A stretch of 55,207 nt of DNA from positions 1 through 55,207 of the IMG/VR virus record IMGVR_UViG_3300006080_000002, one strand, 5' to 3'. The translations under genes and the position numbers were made by a program. A model generated the notes under the pieces. The model was not told where the DNA came from and did no database searches. It saw only the letters and a list, made by a program, of their open reading frames with translations. How positions within the stretch are numbered: the stretch's first letter is position 1; each line of letters begins with the position of its first letter. Below are positions 9,127-19,331 of the stretch, piece after piece. The stretch comes from a virus. Taxonomy: Duplodnaviria > Caudoviricetes.

Positions 9127-10085
9127 TAGTTCACCTTATAGATTTCTGCAATTGTGGAAGAGCCTTGCGTCACATCGGCAGCCGTTTCTGTAACCTTAAA
9201 CCAAGTCATTCGGACTGTGTTGCTTGTATCGTGGTTGATAGACGTTACCGTAATAGCGTCGATACCACCGGAAGCCATTACCGCGTTATTGCAATTGCTT
9301 CCCGGGATAATGTCGACTGTGAAAAACCCGGAACCGCTTGATTTAATAAAATAAGTTCCAGCTCCGGGGTGTCCACCCGGCAAAGTGTCAAGGTCTACGC
9401 TCGTTGCGCTTCCTGACCAAACTAGCGTCTTAGTGCTTGGCGAACCAAGTGGCTTGAACATTGTTGCCAATGCAGGAAGGTTGAGTGGTATTAAATAATA
9501 CTGTTCAACGATTGGTGAAGTGCCTGCAAGAACTTTTGCAAAACCCCACAGCGTTCCCGGTTCGAGTGGTACAGAGGTGACAAACGAACCGTCCACAGTG
9601 CCGTCACTTTTTTGAATGCTGATTGTGTAACCTGCCGGGATCGTGGCTTGTGTGCTCGGAACCCCGTAGGTCATAACTTCGTTCCGTGGAATTGTGTTAT
9701 TCCATGTGGCACGAAGCGAGAATGTTGTTCCGGAGACGCCAATTGTCGAAAGAACACGGTTAAGGAACCGTGTATCATTTTGTTCGTTGGTTCTGGTTTG
9801 AGTTGAGCCTGTGCCTTTTTCTGCGGCATTTAATGCTGCCCGCGCCCCAGCTGCGTCGGTTGCACCAGTACCACCACCCTCGAGACTGATTGGAATTGTT
9901 GTCCAAATATTAGATAACAATGCTTGGAATTGTTGGCTTGTGAAACGGATTGAGCCTTCGGGAAGGTTGGTGTGAGTACCTGCGGCAAACATTACCGCAA
10001 GGGCTTCCATATTGTTCCGGATCTCCTGCATAATTTGCAGGTAATCGCTGTCAACCGTTGGTTTTGAAAAGTTACCGTTAGCCAT
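9126..10085 (-). CDS. Tail fibre protein
   Basis: GGGTGATDAAGARAAL fibre motif; ATG at 10085 overlaps the stop of the upstream gene (TAATG). Confidence 0.8.
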   Translation of the reverse strand: MANGNFSKPTVDSDYLQIMQEIRNNMEALAVMFAAGTHTNLPEGSIRFTSQQFQALLSNIWTTIPISLEGGGTGATDAAGARAALNAAEKGTGSTQTRTNEQNDTRFLNRVLSTIGVSGTTFSLRATWNNTIPRNEVMTYGVPSTQATIPAGYTISIQKSDGTVDGSFVTSVPLEPGTLWGFAKVLAGTSPIVEQYYLIPLNLPALATMFKPLGSPSTKTLVWSGSATSVDLDTLPGGHPGAGTYFIKSSGSGFFTVDIIPGSNCNNAVMASGGIDAITVTSINHDTSNTVRMTWFKVTETAADVTQGSSTIAEIYKVN

Positions 10086-13000
10086 TATACTCCCCTTGCA
10101 CGCCATGAGAACGGTACGCTTTGGCGCACAAAGCCAGAACCGTCAATATACTTGAAAAATTGAACCTTAAAGAACGTCGGATTAGGGACGTCTTGGAAAT
10201 CTGTTGCGACAATGATTGGCTCATTGGAAATAGCGTTAACTGAGATATCAATAACGTCCACAAACGCGGTGTTGAAGTTAACCACAGTGCCATCCACATC
10301 GCTTGCCAAACCCTGTCCCCGGCCTTGGTCGTCCCGCAGTTTAACTTCCAGTGCCAAGCGCACAGCCCGGATGCGAATTAAATCTTGGTCACTGGTGCTG
10401 GTTACAGTTATTCCGACCTTAACGTATCGGAAATTCACACCGATCATTGTTGTTGCGGTTTCCGTAGTAAACGTGACGCCGTCGTCGCTATAGCCCACAG
10501 TGTACGCGATAACCGGGTTCCCTGCCACAATCTCAACCTCGGGCAAGTAGCGAATACGGCTCAGCGTAAACTGCCCTTGGAAGTCTGTAACGTGTTCGAA
10601 TGTTGCCGTTACGTTTGGTGACGGTTGCAAGTAATGATTGTAGCCGTTGTCTAGCTGTTTTTGGCGTACCGTGGTGCCACTGCCCGGCAATGCTGCGTAA
10701 TGCTGCGCCCACGTTGTTGAGTTCTGCACAGGGGCTAAAACCTTAAACGGGCCAGTCCCGGGAATATCGTTTTCAACGACCAGCATATTGCTCACAGTGG
10801 CCTGTGAAAAGTCCAGGTACTGGTCTGCTTGCAATACAAAGTCCGGCGGCTGGTCAACAAGGGCAACGGTTGAAGCATAAGGCCCAATGTTGCCTTGAAC
10901 ATCCACACCGGCAATCCAATAAGTGTACTCGCCCGCTTTAGTTTCGAACAGTGTGGAATACGTTGCGGTGACTTGCCCAACGGTTTCGGCTGTGGCTAAA
11001 TCCGCACCTTTCTTGATTAGGTAATGCGAAATGGCAAAGCTTGTTTCAGCACTAGCCCAATAAATCAAAACGTTGTTATCGATCACCGTTGTGCGAATTG
11101 GGCTAACCGATTTAGGTGCGTCAACATCCAAGTTCGCTACGGTTGCATTCAGAGAATAGTTGCCGCTTGTATCTTTGGCTTTAATCCAAAGCTTTTCCTG
11201 TCCGCTTGGCCGCGTTTCCCAAGTCCAGCGGGTAGCCTGTAACGTCTGGAGAGTGACCCCAGTATCCCAGTCTACGCCGAGACGGATTTCGTAATAATCC
11301 AAATCCAAGTCCGGCACAGGATCCCAACGCATTTCAACTGTAAAAGGGTTTAGGTTTGCGAAGAACCCTGTTACGTCTGCAGGTGGAGCTGTTTTACCAT
11401 AGTTCCGGAAAGTTAGGGTGGCCCAAGGGGAAGCAATCCCAAGCCCGTTGAACGCGCGCACACGGAAATCCCACAGGCCGACTTCAGCATCGTTATATTC
11501 AAAGATAGGCGAGCTAAGGTAATCACTCAGCGGAACAAACGCTGCACCGTCATAGCTGCCTTCTAACGCCCAACGCTGAATGGTTGGCGAGCCATCCCAA
11601 ACCAAACGGATACGGCTGCGAATTGTTTTCTTGTCGTTGGCGATGTACAAGTATTCCGAGCCGGTTAACCCGGTTGGGGCTGTGACCACACTGGGGTCAG
11701 GCAGGTTCAGCGCGGGTGGAACATCAACTTCCAGCGCGTCGCCTTCTTCCCAAGCCCAGACGTCCGGGTGGTCTTCTTCCAAAATAACGTCCGCGCCGCC
11801 TTTAACAAAACTGATTTCCATTTTGGCAATGCGGAAAACACGCTTGTCCCAACCAAGCTGGGGCATGGTAAGCGTTATACGGGAACCTACGCCATAACGC
11901 AGCACACGCCACCCCAGCACGGTTTCTACCTGTATGCCATAGCGCGAGCGCTCCAGGTGCAGTTTCGCCAGCCTGCGGGCCGCTGTGCCGGTTGTGGTAA
12001 AGGGCAACTGTGTATCCGCGTACATGATTGCTTTGTCTTTCTGCACATACGCATCGATCACAATTGGCACGAAATCTACGCTCTGGTAGTTCTGGTTCTT
12101 GTCAAGGTACTGGCCGCGAGCTGCGTTAACAATCGAAGACGTGTCACCCTTTTTGCGAATCTGCAAACCGCCAAGCAAGTCGTCGACAGTAAAGTGCGGA
12201 TTATCGTAAACCACTGAAGCACCGCTGGAATCCATTGTGAACAGGGTGCTGTCCATTGTGATTTGCGTGCTGTCGAATGTTGGTGCTGGTGTTGGGGCAG
12301 GCTCAAACGGTGCGGTGTAAACCCCTGGAACGTAAACCCAGCGCCCTTGGATATATTGCGTATCCGCTGCCCCGGCAATAAGCAGGTTCTTATGAGCTTT
12401 TCGCGGGTCGTCAACGATGGTGATAGTTCCGTTAACGGTGTAACGCTTTTCCGTTTTACCGGGGCCAGCAGACACCAGCTGATCGCAGATATTGGCACCA
12501 GCTTTGAAGCTTTCATCGTCAAAATGCGTTTCACCGAAGCCATACGTGCTGGCCATATAATCCCGGGTCACTAAAGCGTGATTATCAGTCCAACCTGTTA
12601 ACCCGGTACGTGGGTCATAAATGTCCTTTTTGCCGCGAACAATTGCGCGGATGGTGGGCAACCCTTTGAAGAGGTCGGTATCGTATTTCAGCCGCGCATA
12701 AATATACGTCTTACCAAGCAATTTATGATTCGTTGTCCACTTCGGGGCACAGTTGGCAACAGCCACCGGGTCGGCTGCCGTTTGGTTGCCAAGTTGAATT
12801 GAAAACACAACGTTGTTTTTATACTTGTCAATGGTGGTTCCGTTTTCGTAAACCTTTTCATCGTTAAAGTAAATCTGGGGAATTGCTAGGCACGGGTGCG
12901 CGGCCATAACAATAATGAGATGCAGGTATTCGCTATCTGTACCGCTGGCATGAATAAATCGCACGGCACCGCTAGTAAAGCATTCGCCATATATGATACG

Positions 13001-13324
13001 TTGCGGGGCAGCAGCATCGCGGCTCATTACCAAGCGATCTTGGTAATCGTACGGCGGAATATCCGGTAACACCCAATCGCGGAAATGGTCGTAGCCAATG
13101 TTCCACATACCGCCGGTCATAAGGTTGGTAATTTGGTCGCCAATCGACAGGATGTCACTAACAGCTCCACCAACATCGCCCCGGCCAACAGCACGCAGAA
13201 AATCTCCGCTAGAGTCGAAAATATTGTCTACACTATTGCCAATGCTGTCAGCTATTCCGCCAACAACACCACCAAGGGCTCCACCCTTATTCGTAGGGTC
13301 TAAATCACTTAAACCAAAGCCCAT
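10085..13324 (-). CDS. Central tail tip / host-specificity protein (lambda J-like, FN3 domains)
   Basis: IIYGE, IYDPRTG, FN3-like VRAFNGLGIASPW and YWIAGVDVQGN; 1079 aa. Confidence 0.88.
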   Translation of the reverse strand: MGFGLSDLDPTNKGGALGGVVGGIADSIGNSVDNIFDSSGDFLRAVGRGDVGGAVSDILSIGDQITNLMTGGMWNIGYDHFRDWVLPDIPPYDYQDRLVMSRDAAAPQRIIYGECFTSGAVRFIHASGTDSEYLHLIIVMAAHPCLAIPQIYFNDEKVYENGTTIDKYKNNVVFSIQLGNQTAADPVAVANCAPKWTTNHKLLGKTYIYARLKYDTDLFKGLPTIRAIVRGKKDIYDPRTGLTGWTDNHALVTRDYMASTYGFGETHFDDESFKAGANICDQLVSAGPGKTEKRYTVNGTITIVDDPRKAHKNLLIAGAADTQYIQGRWVYVPGVYTAPFEPAPTPAPTFDSTQITMDSTLFTMDSSGASVVYDNPHFTVDDLLGGLQIRKKGDTSSIVNAARGQYLDKNQNYQSVDFVPIVIDAYVQKDKAIMYADTQLPFTTTGTAARRLAKLHLERSRYGIQVETVLGWRVLRYGVGSRITLTMPQLGWDKRVFRIAKMEISFVKGGADVILEEDHPDVWAWEEGDALEVDVPPALNLPDPSVVTAPTGLTGSEYLYIANDKKTIRSRIRLVWDGSPTIQRWALEGSYDGAAFVPLSDYLSSPIFEYNDAEVGLWDFRVRAFNGLGIASPWATLTFRNYGKTAPPADVTGFFANLNPFTVEMRWDPVPDLDLDYYEIRLGVDWDTGVTLQTLQATRWTWETRPSGQEKLWIKAKDTSGNYSLNATVANLDVDAPKSVSPIRTTVIDNNVLIYWASAETSFAISHYLIKKGADLATAETVGQVTATYSTLFETKAGEYTYWIAGVDVQGNIGPYASTVALVDQPPDFVLQADQYLDFSQATVSNMLVVENDIPGTGPFKVLAPVQNSTTWAQHYAALPGSGTTVRQKQLDNGYNHYLQPSPNVTATFEHVTDFQGQFTLSRIRYLPEVEIVAGNPVIAYTVGYSDDGVTFTTETATTMIGVNFRYVKVGITVTSTSDQDLIRIRAVRLALEVKLRDDQGRGQGLASDVDGTVVNFNTAFVDVIDISVNAISNEPIIVATDFQDVPNPTFFKVQFFKYIDGSGFVRQSVPFSWRARGV

Positions 13325-13327
13325 TTA

Positions 13328-13900
13328 TTAATCCTCGTAGAAAGAAGCGGCTGGCCAGATTACTTGTGCAAAGCCAACCTCAGCCGCGTATTGCATTCCA
13401 AGATCGCCGGGATATTTTGCTTGCTGCTCAGCGTCGGAATAACGCTCTGAACGCACACGAAAAGCCGAATCGGCAGAGCTACCACAGCGAAGCCGCACTT
13501 CGGGCTTTCGGCCATAAGATAAGCTGCTGTCAACCAGTACCCCATCAAAGAACAAGATTCCGCCGCCAATAATATTCCAGTCTTCGTCGTGTGGTAAAAG
13601 GTACACACGCGCCGGGCTGTTAATGTAGTCGGCATTGGCAAACGCAGTCATAACCGCAGGGTCAACTGCAACGACACCAACCTCCAGGCTAAGCCCCTTT
13701 GAACGGGCTTCCTCACCTATAGCACCAAGCGAAGATAAGGAGCCATAGGTGTATGTTTCGCCGTTAAATTCAAAGTTGCTTTGGCCGCTGCTTAGGCGCA
13801 AAGATAAGCCCGGAAGGTCTATGGCAACCGCGATAATCCATCGCTTATAGGCTCGCTGCAATGCGGCAATGGTTGCGTTATCCAATGGGCGCAGCATCAC
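13328..13900 (-). CDS. Minor tail / baseplate hub protein
   Basis: Lies between distal tail and J; RYSDAEQQAKYPGDLG motif. Confidence 0.7.
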   Translation of the reverse strand: MMLRPLDNATIAALQRAYKRWIIAVAIDLPGLSLRLSSGQSNFEFNGETYTYGSLSSLGAIGEEARSKGLSLEVGVVAVDPAVMTAFANADYINSPARVYLLPHDEDWNIIGGGILFFDGVLVDSSLSYGRKPEVRLRCGSSADSAFRVRSERYSDAEQQAKYPGDLGMQYAAEVGFAQVIWPAASFYED

Positions 13901-14496
13901 AACACCTCGCGCGCTTTAAGCGTCAACGAAACAACAACCGGAGCGGAAACACCAAACTCCGGGCTTGTGACCTCAACCGAACGCATATAACAACATGGTT
14001 TAACCACAATCACGCTCTGGCCGTCGACCGGGGATTTGCGAATCGGTGGTTCGAATTTCAACAATGCTGCCCCGCCGCTGTCTGAACTAATTACCTCAGT
14101 AATCGTTTTTAGTTCTTGGTTGACTTCGATATAGTCGCCGGGGTAGAAAAGTGTTGGTTGGTTGGCGTTCCATCCTCGGGTGTGTAACTGATTCCCCTTT
14201 TGCCCGGCACCGTCCACAACCCCGTTACCGCTCATTGTACCCATAGGATCCCAATCTGGCGGGGTGATTTTGAAAGTGTTTTTAGGCCCGTGAAGGGATA
14301 ACGCTTTGGCTTTCAGGATGCGTGCCGGTAAGCCGTCGCGGTCTGTCCAACGGAACGAAGCTGCCCAGTATGAACCGGGCAGCTCGTCAAACGACTGCAC
14401 ATTACTCAGCGAACTTTCGTGGCCAATGATATTAAACACCAGTTTGAAAGCGTAAGCATCCGGTTTCTCGTTGTCGAAATCGAACTCAATTGTCAT
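13897..14496 (-). CDS. Distal tail protein
   Basis: Follows the tape measure; PGDYIEVNQELK and FEPPIR. Confidence 0.65.
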   Translation of the reverse strand: MTIEFDFDNEKPDAYAFKLVFNIIGHESSLSNVQSFDELPGSYWAASFRWTDRDGLPARILKAKALSLHGPKNTFKITPPDWDPMGTMSGNGVVDGAGQKGNQLHTRGWNANQPTLFYPGDYIEVNQELKTITEVISSDSGGAALLKFEPPIRKSPVDGQSVIVVKPCCYMRSVEVTSPEFGVSAPVVVSLTLKAREVL

Positions 14497-16514
14497 ATGG
14501 CTGGCCTGCGCTGCCCATTACGGGCACTTTGTAACATCATTTGTTGTAACATTGGCATCATACTCATTAGCTCTTGGCGAACAGCCCCTTGCACACCCAG
14601 ACCGATACTAAAGTAGTTTGTCATTGCTGGTTCTTTTGCAGCGGCTTGTTCCAGGAGCTTTGCGGTGTCCTTACGACTGGTAACGTTGGCCGGGCCACTT
14701 ACCAGCTCTGGGCCAACTTCGCCCACCATACCATATTTACCAGCAGGGATAAAGCCGCCATTATCGTATGCACCTGCGTATTCCTGTTCATTAATTTGCG
14801 CAATCTGCACAGCCGCTAAAGCGCTAGTTGTGCCGATGGCGATAGGTTTCAGCGCGGTTGGGATCTGTGGATCTGCTAACACGTTGAGAACCGCCATAGC
14901 GGCACTGATACCGGCTTGCGCGCTTGCAAGAATTTTGTAATTCTCGAATTGCTCTTTGCCGCCAGCTTGCGCAATGCTGGCCAGTTGCCCAGCAATGTCT
15001 GCGGCATAGCCAAGCTGTTGTGATTGCAACTGGCGTTTCTTGGCTGCCGCCTTTTCTTCTGCGGCCAGAACTCGAGCAATCTTGGCTTCCTCATCCTCAG
15101 CCTCTGCAGCAATGATTGCGAGTACGTCTTCTTTGTTCGTTAAGCGGGCCTGACGTTTGGCTTCGAATGCTTCGCGTGCTTTATCGGCGGCTGCAAATTG
15201 TGCATCGGCTTCGGAAATGGTAGCTTCGCGCTCATCAAGGATTGCTATAATGCTCTGGCGGCGGGCGTCGGTTATACTTGCGATATTACGCTCGGCTTCC
15301 GAAAAGATATCGCCAGTCATTGCGCTGGATAATTTTTCCAGTGCTGCGATTTCTTTGTCTACGTTGATCTCGCCATCTTCAAACGGGTTGATGGCAATGC
15401 GCAACGCTTTCCCGTAAACCTTGGCTTTCTCGACAAGCTCAGCTAAGCGGACACCCAGGACTTTACCGAAGGCCGTTCCGTACTCATCACCGTAGTCGAC
15501 AAGAGAAGCAACTTCAACAGCCATGAGCTGAATAATTGCACGAATGTTCTCTGGCATATTGCGGAATGCTTCACCAATGTGGTCAACTGCTTTTTCCGCA
15601 GCAGGCCCGTATTCGCCAAAATTATCAAAGAAGAATTGGCTAAGGTCGTTGAGCATTTCCACAACGTCTGACGTAAAGCCGTCGAACTTGACTGTTACTC
15701 CGTCAATGTAACCTTCAAGCTGGCCAGAGGCCACCAAACCGTTTAATTCTTCAAGGACACTGATAACTTCGCGAACGCCACCAGTAATGGCATCGCCTGC
15801 ACCGCGCTTGCTAATGTTTAACCACAGTTTGTTCCACTCGTCGCCAAGGTTGGACATTGCACCGTCTAAGGTTTCCATCCTGCGGGTCATTGCGCCGTCG
15901 AAGTTAACCTCACCAAGCCTTGTGAGGTATTCTTCAATCGCACCAGCTTCAAAGGCGACCTTTTCTTTAACGCCCTTGAATGTAAACTCAACTTCTTCAC
16001 CCTGCTTGCTGGCTCGAATACCGAATTCTTTTAAGCGCTCAAATTCACCAGTCGCAGCATCCGCAACCGCTTCAATTAACTGGTCGAGGCTTTTACCCAT
16101 AGCGGAAGCCGTGTCGCCGTAGGATTCAAGCGCACGCTGGGAAGGTGTTAAACCAAGGTTTTGCAGTTTGGTGAAGGCTGTGGTAACTTGTCCAAGATCG
16201 TACGGTGTGCGGGTAGCGAAATCTTGGATTGCTTCAAAAGCATCCGTTGCCCGTGTCGCGTTACCTGTTGCGGTGATTAGCTGCGCGTTAAGGATATCGA
16301 ATTCACGGGTAACATTGGTGAGCTTTGTAAGTGAGCTAACAACCAGCGCGGCAGCAGCCGCAGGCCCGGCAAAGCGTTTAAACGCAGCGGTAAGGCCGTC
16401 CGTTGCCCGTTCTGTCTTGCGGCCCTGCTTTTCCAAACCGTCGAGGCGCTTATCAGCTGTAAGCGCCTCTAACGAGTCAATGCGAATCTGGAGTTTAGCT
16501 AAATCTTCAGCCAT
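14493..16514 (-). CDS. Tape measure protein
   Basis: 673 aa, helical and Ala-rich; FATRTPYDL, GEFERLKEFGI, GMVGEVGPEL. Confidence 0.9.
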   Translation of the reverse strand: MAEDLAKLQIRIDSLEALTADKRLDGLEKQGRKTERATDGLTAAFKRFAGPAAAAALVVSSLTKLTNVTREFDILNAQLITATGNATRATDAFEAIQDFATRTPYDLGQVTTAFTKLQNLGLTPSQRALESYGDTASAMGKSLDQLIEAVADAATGEFERLKEFGIRASKQGEEVEFTFKGVKEKVAFEAGAIEEYLTRLGEVNFDGAMTRRMETLDGAMSNLGDEWNKLWLNISKRGAGDAITGGVREVISVLEELNGLVASGQLEGYIDGVTVKFDGFTSDVVEMLNDLSQFFFDNFGEYGPAAEKAVDHIGEAFRNMPENIRAIIQLMAVEVASLVDYGDEYGTAFGKVLGVRLAELVEKAKVYGKALRIAINPFEDGEINVDKEIAALEKLSSAMTGDIFSEAERNIASITDARRQSIIAILDEREATISEADAQFAAADKAREAFEAKRQARLTNKEDVLAIIAAEAEDEEAKIARVLAAEEKAAAKKRQLQSQQLGYAADIAGQLASIAQAGGKEQFENYKILASAQAGISAAMAVLNVLADPQIPTALKPIAIGTTSALAAVQIAQINEQEYAGAYDNGGFIPAGKYGMVGEVGPELVSGPANVTSRKDTAKLLEQAAAKEPAMTNYFSIGLGVQGAVRQELMSMMPMLQQMMLQSARNGQRRPAI

Positions 16515-16836
16515 TGGTCACCGCCCGTGTGATACGTTCCATTTGCATAAGCGCAGCCGCTTCAAATGGTTCCAGCTCAATCTTCATAAGCTCAGACCAA
16601 TTACGGAGCTCAGTGAATGTGAGCGGTACACCGCTCGCAGATAGGACGGAGTACCATTTTAAAAAGTGTTCAAACTCTTCTGGGCAAGAGCCATGCTGTG
16701 CAAGCTCCGCAGGCTTCCGGCCTAACTGCTTTTCAACCTGTAGCAGGTGTTCACGCCTTGTTAGTTCGGAGCCCTTGGGGCAGGTGTCGAGCTCTACTTC
16801 TCTGCGGAACCATCCGTAGAACTCGTTGACTTTTTT
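16507..16836 (-). CDS. -1 frameshift extension (gpT-like) of the tail assembly chaperone
   Basis: The -1 frame after A AAA AAG is open to TGA at 16507: VNEFYGWFRREVELD...LTFTELRNWSELMKIELEPFEAAALMQME; absent from the ORF track. Confidence 0.85.
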   Translation of the reverse strand, partial: KKVNEFYGWFRREVELDTCPKGSELTRREHLLQVEKQLGRKPAELAQHGSCPEEFEHFLKWYSVLSASGVPLTFTELRNWSELMKIELEPFEAAALMQMERITRAVTNG

Positions 16837-17192
16837 GCGTAGAAGTAAGTTTTACTCGCCGCAAGTTGGTTCACCATATCCTCAATTTGCGGTGCCTTAG
16901 TAAGGAACTCCACAACATTTTCCAGCGTGCATTCTTTATCGAATGACCAATCTGCAATCAGTGAAGCAATAAGCTCGCTCTGAAGACGGGTTGCAGTCGC
17001 AGCACGCTCAGCCGGGTCTTCGATTTGGCTAATCTGAAGGATAGCCCGCTTTGCCCGGTTATCGGCAATACGAAATGCGTCGCTCTGCATACTGCGCACA
17101 TGAAGCCAATGCTCTGTTGGCGAACCATCGGCTGCAAACAACGGAACCCGCTTGCCTTCGTTAGCTGTGTCTCGTGTGAAAAACTCTTCCAT
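16794..17192 (-). CDS. Tail assembly chaperone (gpG-like)
   Basis: Between tail tube and tape measure; contains the slippery site. Confidence 0.85.
   Translation of the reverse strand: MEEFFTRDTANEGKRVPLFAADGSPTEHWLHVRSMQSDAFRIADNRAKRAILQISQIEDPAERAATATRLQSELIASLIADWSFDKECTLENVVEFLTKAPQIEDMVNQLAASKTYFYAKKSTSSTDGSAEK
16830..16836 (-). other. Programmed -1 ribosomal frameshift slippery site A AAA AAG
   Basis: In-frame GCA AAA AAG near the end of the chaperone gene; lambda G/GT arrangement. Confidence 0.85.
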
Positions 17193-17194
17193 TT

Positions 17195-18145
17195 TTACAT
17201 TCCGTAATCGATTGCAATGTTTGTTTCCAGCGTTGCGTCCAGGAGTGCCTGGATTGGCATTGCCAGCGTAATTGAACCTTCACCGCTAACGTCAGGCGGA
17301 GCGGCTGTGTAAACCAGACGCGGAACAACAACGTTATATTGGTTGCCATCCGGGTCGTTGAGCCCAATTTCCAGCGCGCTTTCGTCTTCGTCCAGGAACT
17401 TCTGCAGAAGCTTGGTATCTTCGAAATATGCTGTAACCTGTCCAGTGAGCAGTGAACGGCCAACTTCAGGATCAATACTGTTCTTGCTGCCAATAACAAA
17501 GCGAGGGCCAATGCCGTTCTGCAGGTTGAGGTTAATTTCAGTAACCACACCAATCGCCGTGGCCGCACCGCCGATACCTTCTTTCAATACACTGGTGAAG
17601 GAATCCATTGGGCGGGTCGTTGTTGGTGCCGCGTAGGTTGGCGTGCCAAGGCCAGTGAGGTCTGCCGCCAATTCCATGCTCTGCCCTACAACGCTGAAAA
17701 CACAAGTAGTGATTGCGTTTGCGGCAATGCGAAGCTGCATACTGTTGATTTCAACACCACGGAAAATCTGGTAAGGCTTGTCCGTGATGTCGGCAAAGTG
17801 ACGGATAACTGTGAACGAGTGGCGTGTTGAGCCTGCCTTAATTTGTGCGCGCCCGGTTACTGGTGCGTTAGCAACAGGGGCAGCAGCAAACAAGGCTCCC
17901 GCAATCAGCTTGTCGAATGTGCCGTAGCTAAGTTCACCGCTGATATCGCCGCCAACTTGGTTCGCACCCATACGAAAATCACTGACCATACGGTCGCTTC
18001 GGATTTCGGCAGGCTGGAGGCTGTCTTTGTTAAGCGCAAGGGTTGTCCCGGTATTGCGCAGCAAGTGCAGTTCCGGGTTATTTGGGGTTGTTCCGCGCAC
18101 TGTCTCTTCGACAATGTACAGACTGTGACGGCTACCGTTTGCCAT
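17195..18145 (-). CDS. Major tail tube protein
   Basis: EETVRGTTP, EIRSDRM, GGDISGELS, TGQVTAYFED. Confidence 0.85.
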   Translation of the reverse strand: MANGSRHSLYIVEETVRGTTPNNPELHLLRNTGTTLALNKDSLQPAEIRSDRMVSDFRMGANQVGGDISGELSYGTFDKLIAGALFAAAPVANAPVTGRAQIKAGSTRHSFTVIRHFADITDKPYQIFRGVEINSMQLRIAANAITTCVFSVVGQSMELAADLTGLGTPTYAAPTTTRPMDSFTSVLKEGIGGAATAIGVVTEINLNLQNGIGPRFVIGSKNSIDPEVGRSLLTGQVTAYFEDTKLLQKFLDEDESALEIGLNDPDGNQYNVVVPRLVYTAAPPDVSGEGSITLAMPIQALLDATLETNIAIDYGM

Positions 18146-18157
18146 GATAAACGCTCC

Positions 18158-18574
18158 TTAATTGCGTGTCGTTCTTGAGTAGTAATAAAGCGAAACCGTG
18201 GCCCGGTTATATGAATCAACTGGCTTTGTTGGGCCGAGCGATGTGCGCGAAATGCTTACCGTTTGGGCATTATAGGTTAGGGCGTGCCCTGCGGTAAAGT
18301 GCGACAAAATTGTGTCTGCAAGGTCTAAAACCGGGCCTTCCATTTCGGATAACGGGTTGTTAATATTTATCTGGATAATGCCCGGATGGTTGTCTTCGCC
18401 CTTGTCACCTAACGTGACCGGGTTGCTTTCACCTCGCAGGTTATACAGGCTGCACCATACCCCGGTTTTATCGGCATCAGTCAACGGGTTTCCGCTGTAT
18501 TCAAGAGGCACCGAACCCAGAAACGCCAACATGGTGTTGATAATATTTAATTCGATATCTTTATATGCGCTCAT
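18158..18574 (-). CDS. Tail terminator protein
   Basis: Synteny; GIIQINI and ADTILSHFTAG. Confidence 0.7.
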   Translation of the reverse strand: MSAYKDIELNIINTMLAFLGSVPLEYSGNPLTDADKTGVWCSLYNLRGESNPVTLGDKGEDNHPGIIQININNPLSEMEGPVLDLADTILSHFTAGHALTYNAQTVSISRTSLGPTKPVDSYNRATVSLYYYSRTTRN

Positions 18575-18975
18575 TTCAACTTCTTCGCGTTTTCAGCAAC
18601 CAACCGTTCCCAACTTAAAGCGTTAATACGAACCATACCTTCTGGCGCTTGGCGAGAATGGCCGTATTCAATTGGTTCGGCATACGGGAGATTGTTTGTT
18701 AGATAAATTGATTGGTAAGCCGCCAAACCTTCAACGTTCTTTAATACGTCTTTAATTCGGTTAATTGTTGCAGTACCAACCGGCGCACCTGCAGACGTTG
18801 TTTCATCGCTTGGCACACCGATAGCGCAGAACCAATTATTCCGAAGCACGCCACGGTGAACCGGAGTGCCAATAACCACATTGGTGAACAGGTCTAAGGC
18901 TGCTCCGCGCTTTATCTTTGCATGGCGGTCTTCTACCTTCTTACGGAACGCTGCTAACTGATCACCAAATGCCAT
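18571..18975 (-). CDS. Tail completion/neck protein (HK97 gp10-like)
   Basis: TPVHRGVLRNNW and NNLPYAEPIEYGHSRQAPEGMVR. Confidence 0.85.
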   Translation of the reverse strand: MAFGDQLAAFRKKVEDRHAKIKRGAALDLFTNVVIGTPVHRGVLRNNWFCAIGVPSDETTSAGAPVGTATINRIKDVLKNVEGLAAYQSIYLTNNLPYAEPIEYGHSRQAPEGMVRINALSWERLVAENAKKLK

Positions 18976-19331
18976 TACGTCACATCCAGCATATAAACAA
19001 CTACAATATCCGCAGGCTTAATGGCGACAAGCTTGTCCATCTCAAACCAACGTCCGTCAACCTCAATGGTTTCACCCGGTTGCGGGTTAGCATCGTGGCT
19101 AAGGATCAGTGTTTTGGTTGCTTCCCAGCTAACTACACCGAGGGCCATACTGCGGGCGGTTTGCTGGTCGGCAACTATGCCAGTTACGCTGCGCCCTTGG
19201 CCCGGTGTTGTGGTTAGCGTTGCCGGGCTTGGGGTAGCCTTACCCCGCACCGTAAAAGCCCGGCCAAGGGCCGTAAAAACGGGCGCAATGTCGGCAATGA
19301 CGCCTTGGTAAAACGCATCTGAAGCTGCCAT
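18975..19331 (-). CDS. Head closure protein
   Basis: Synteny; PQPGETIEVDG..IKPA. Confidence 0.65.
   Translation of the reverse strand: MAASDAFYQGVIADIAPVFTALGRAFTVRGKATPSPATLTTTPGQGRSVTGIVADQQTARSMALGVVSWEATKTLILSHDANPQPGETIEVDGRWFEMDKLVAIKPADIVVVYMLDVT

Noticed and set aside
5828-10085. Diversity-generating retroelement or invertible fibre cassette
   Set aside because: No reverse transcriptase or invertase, and no near-identical nucleotide repeat pair was seen; fibre similarity is at protein level only
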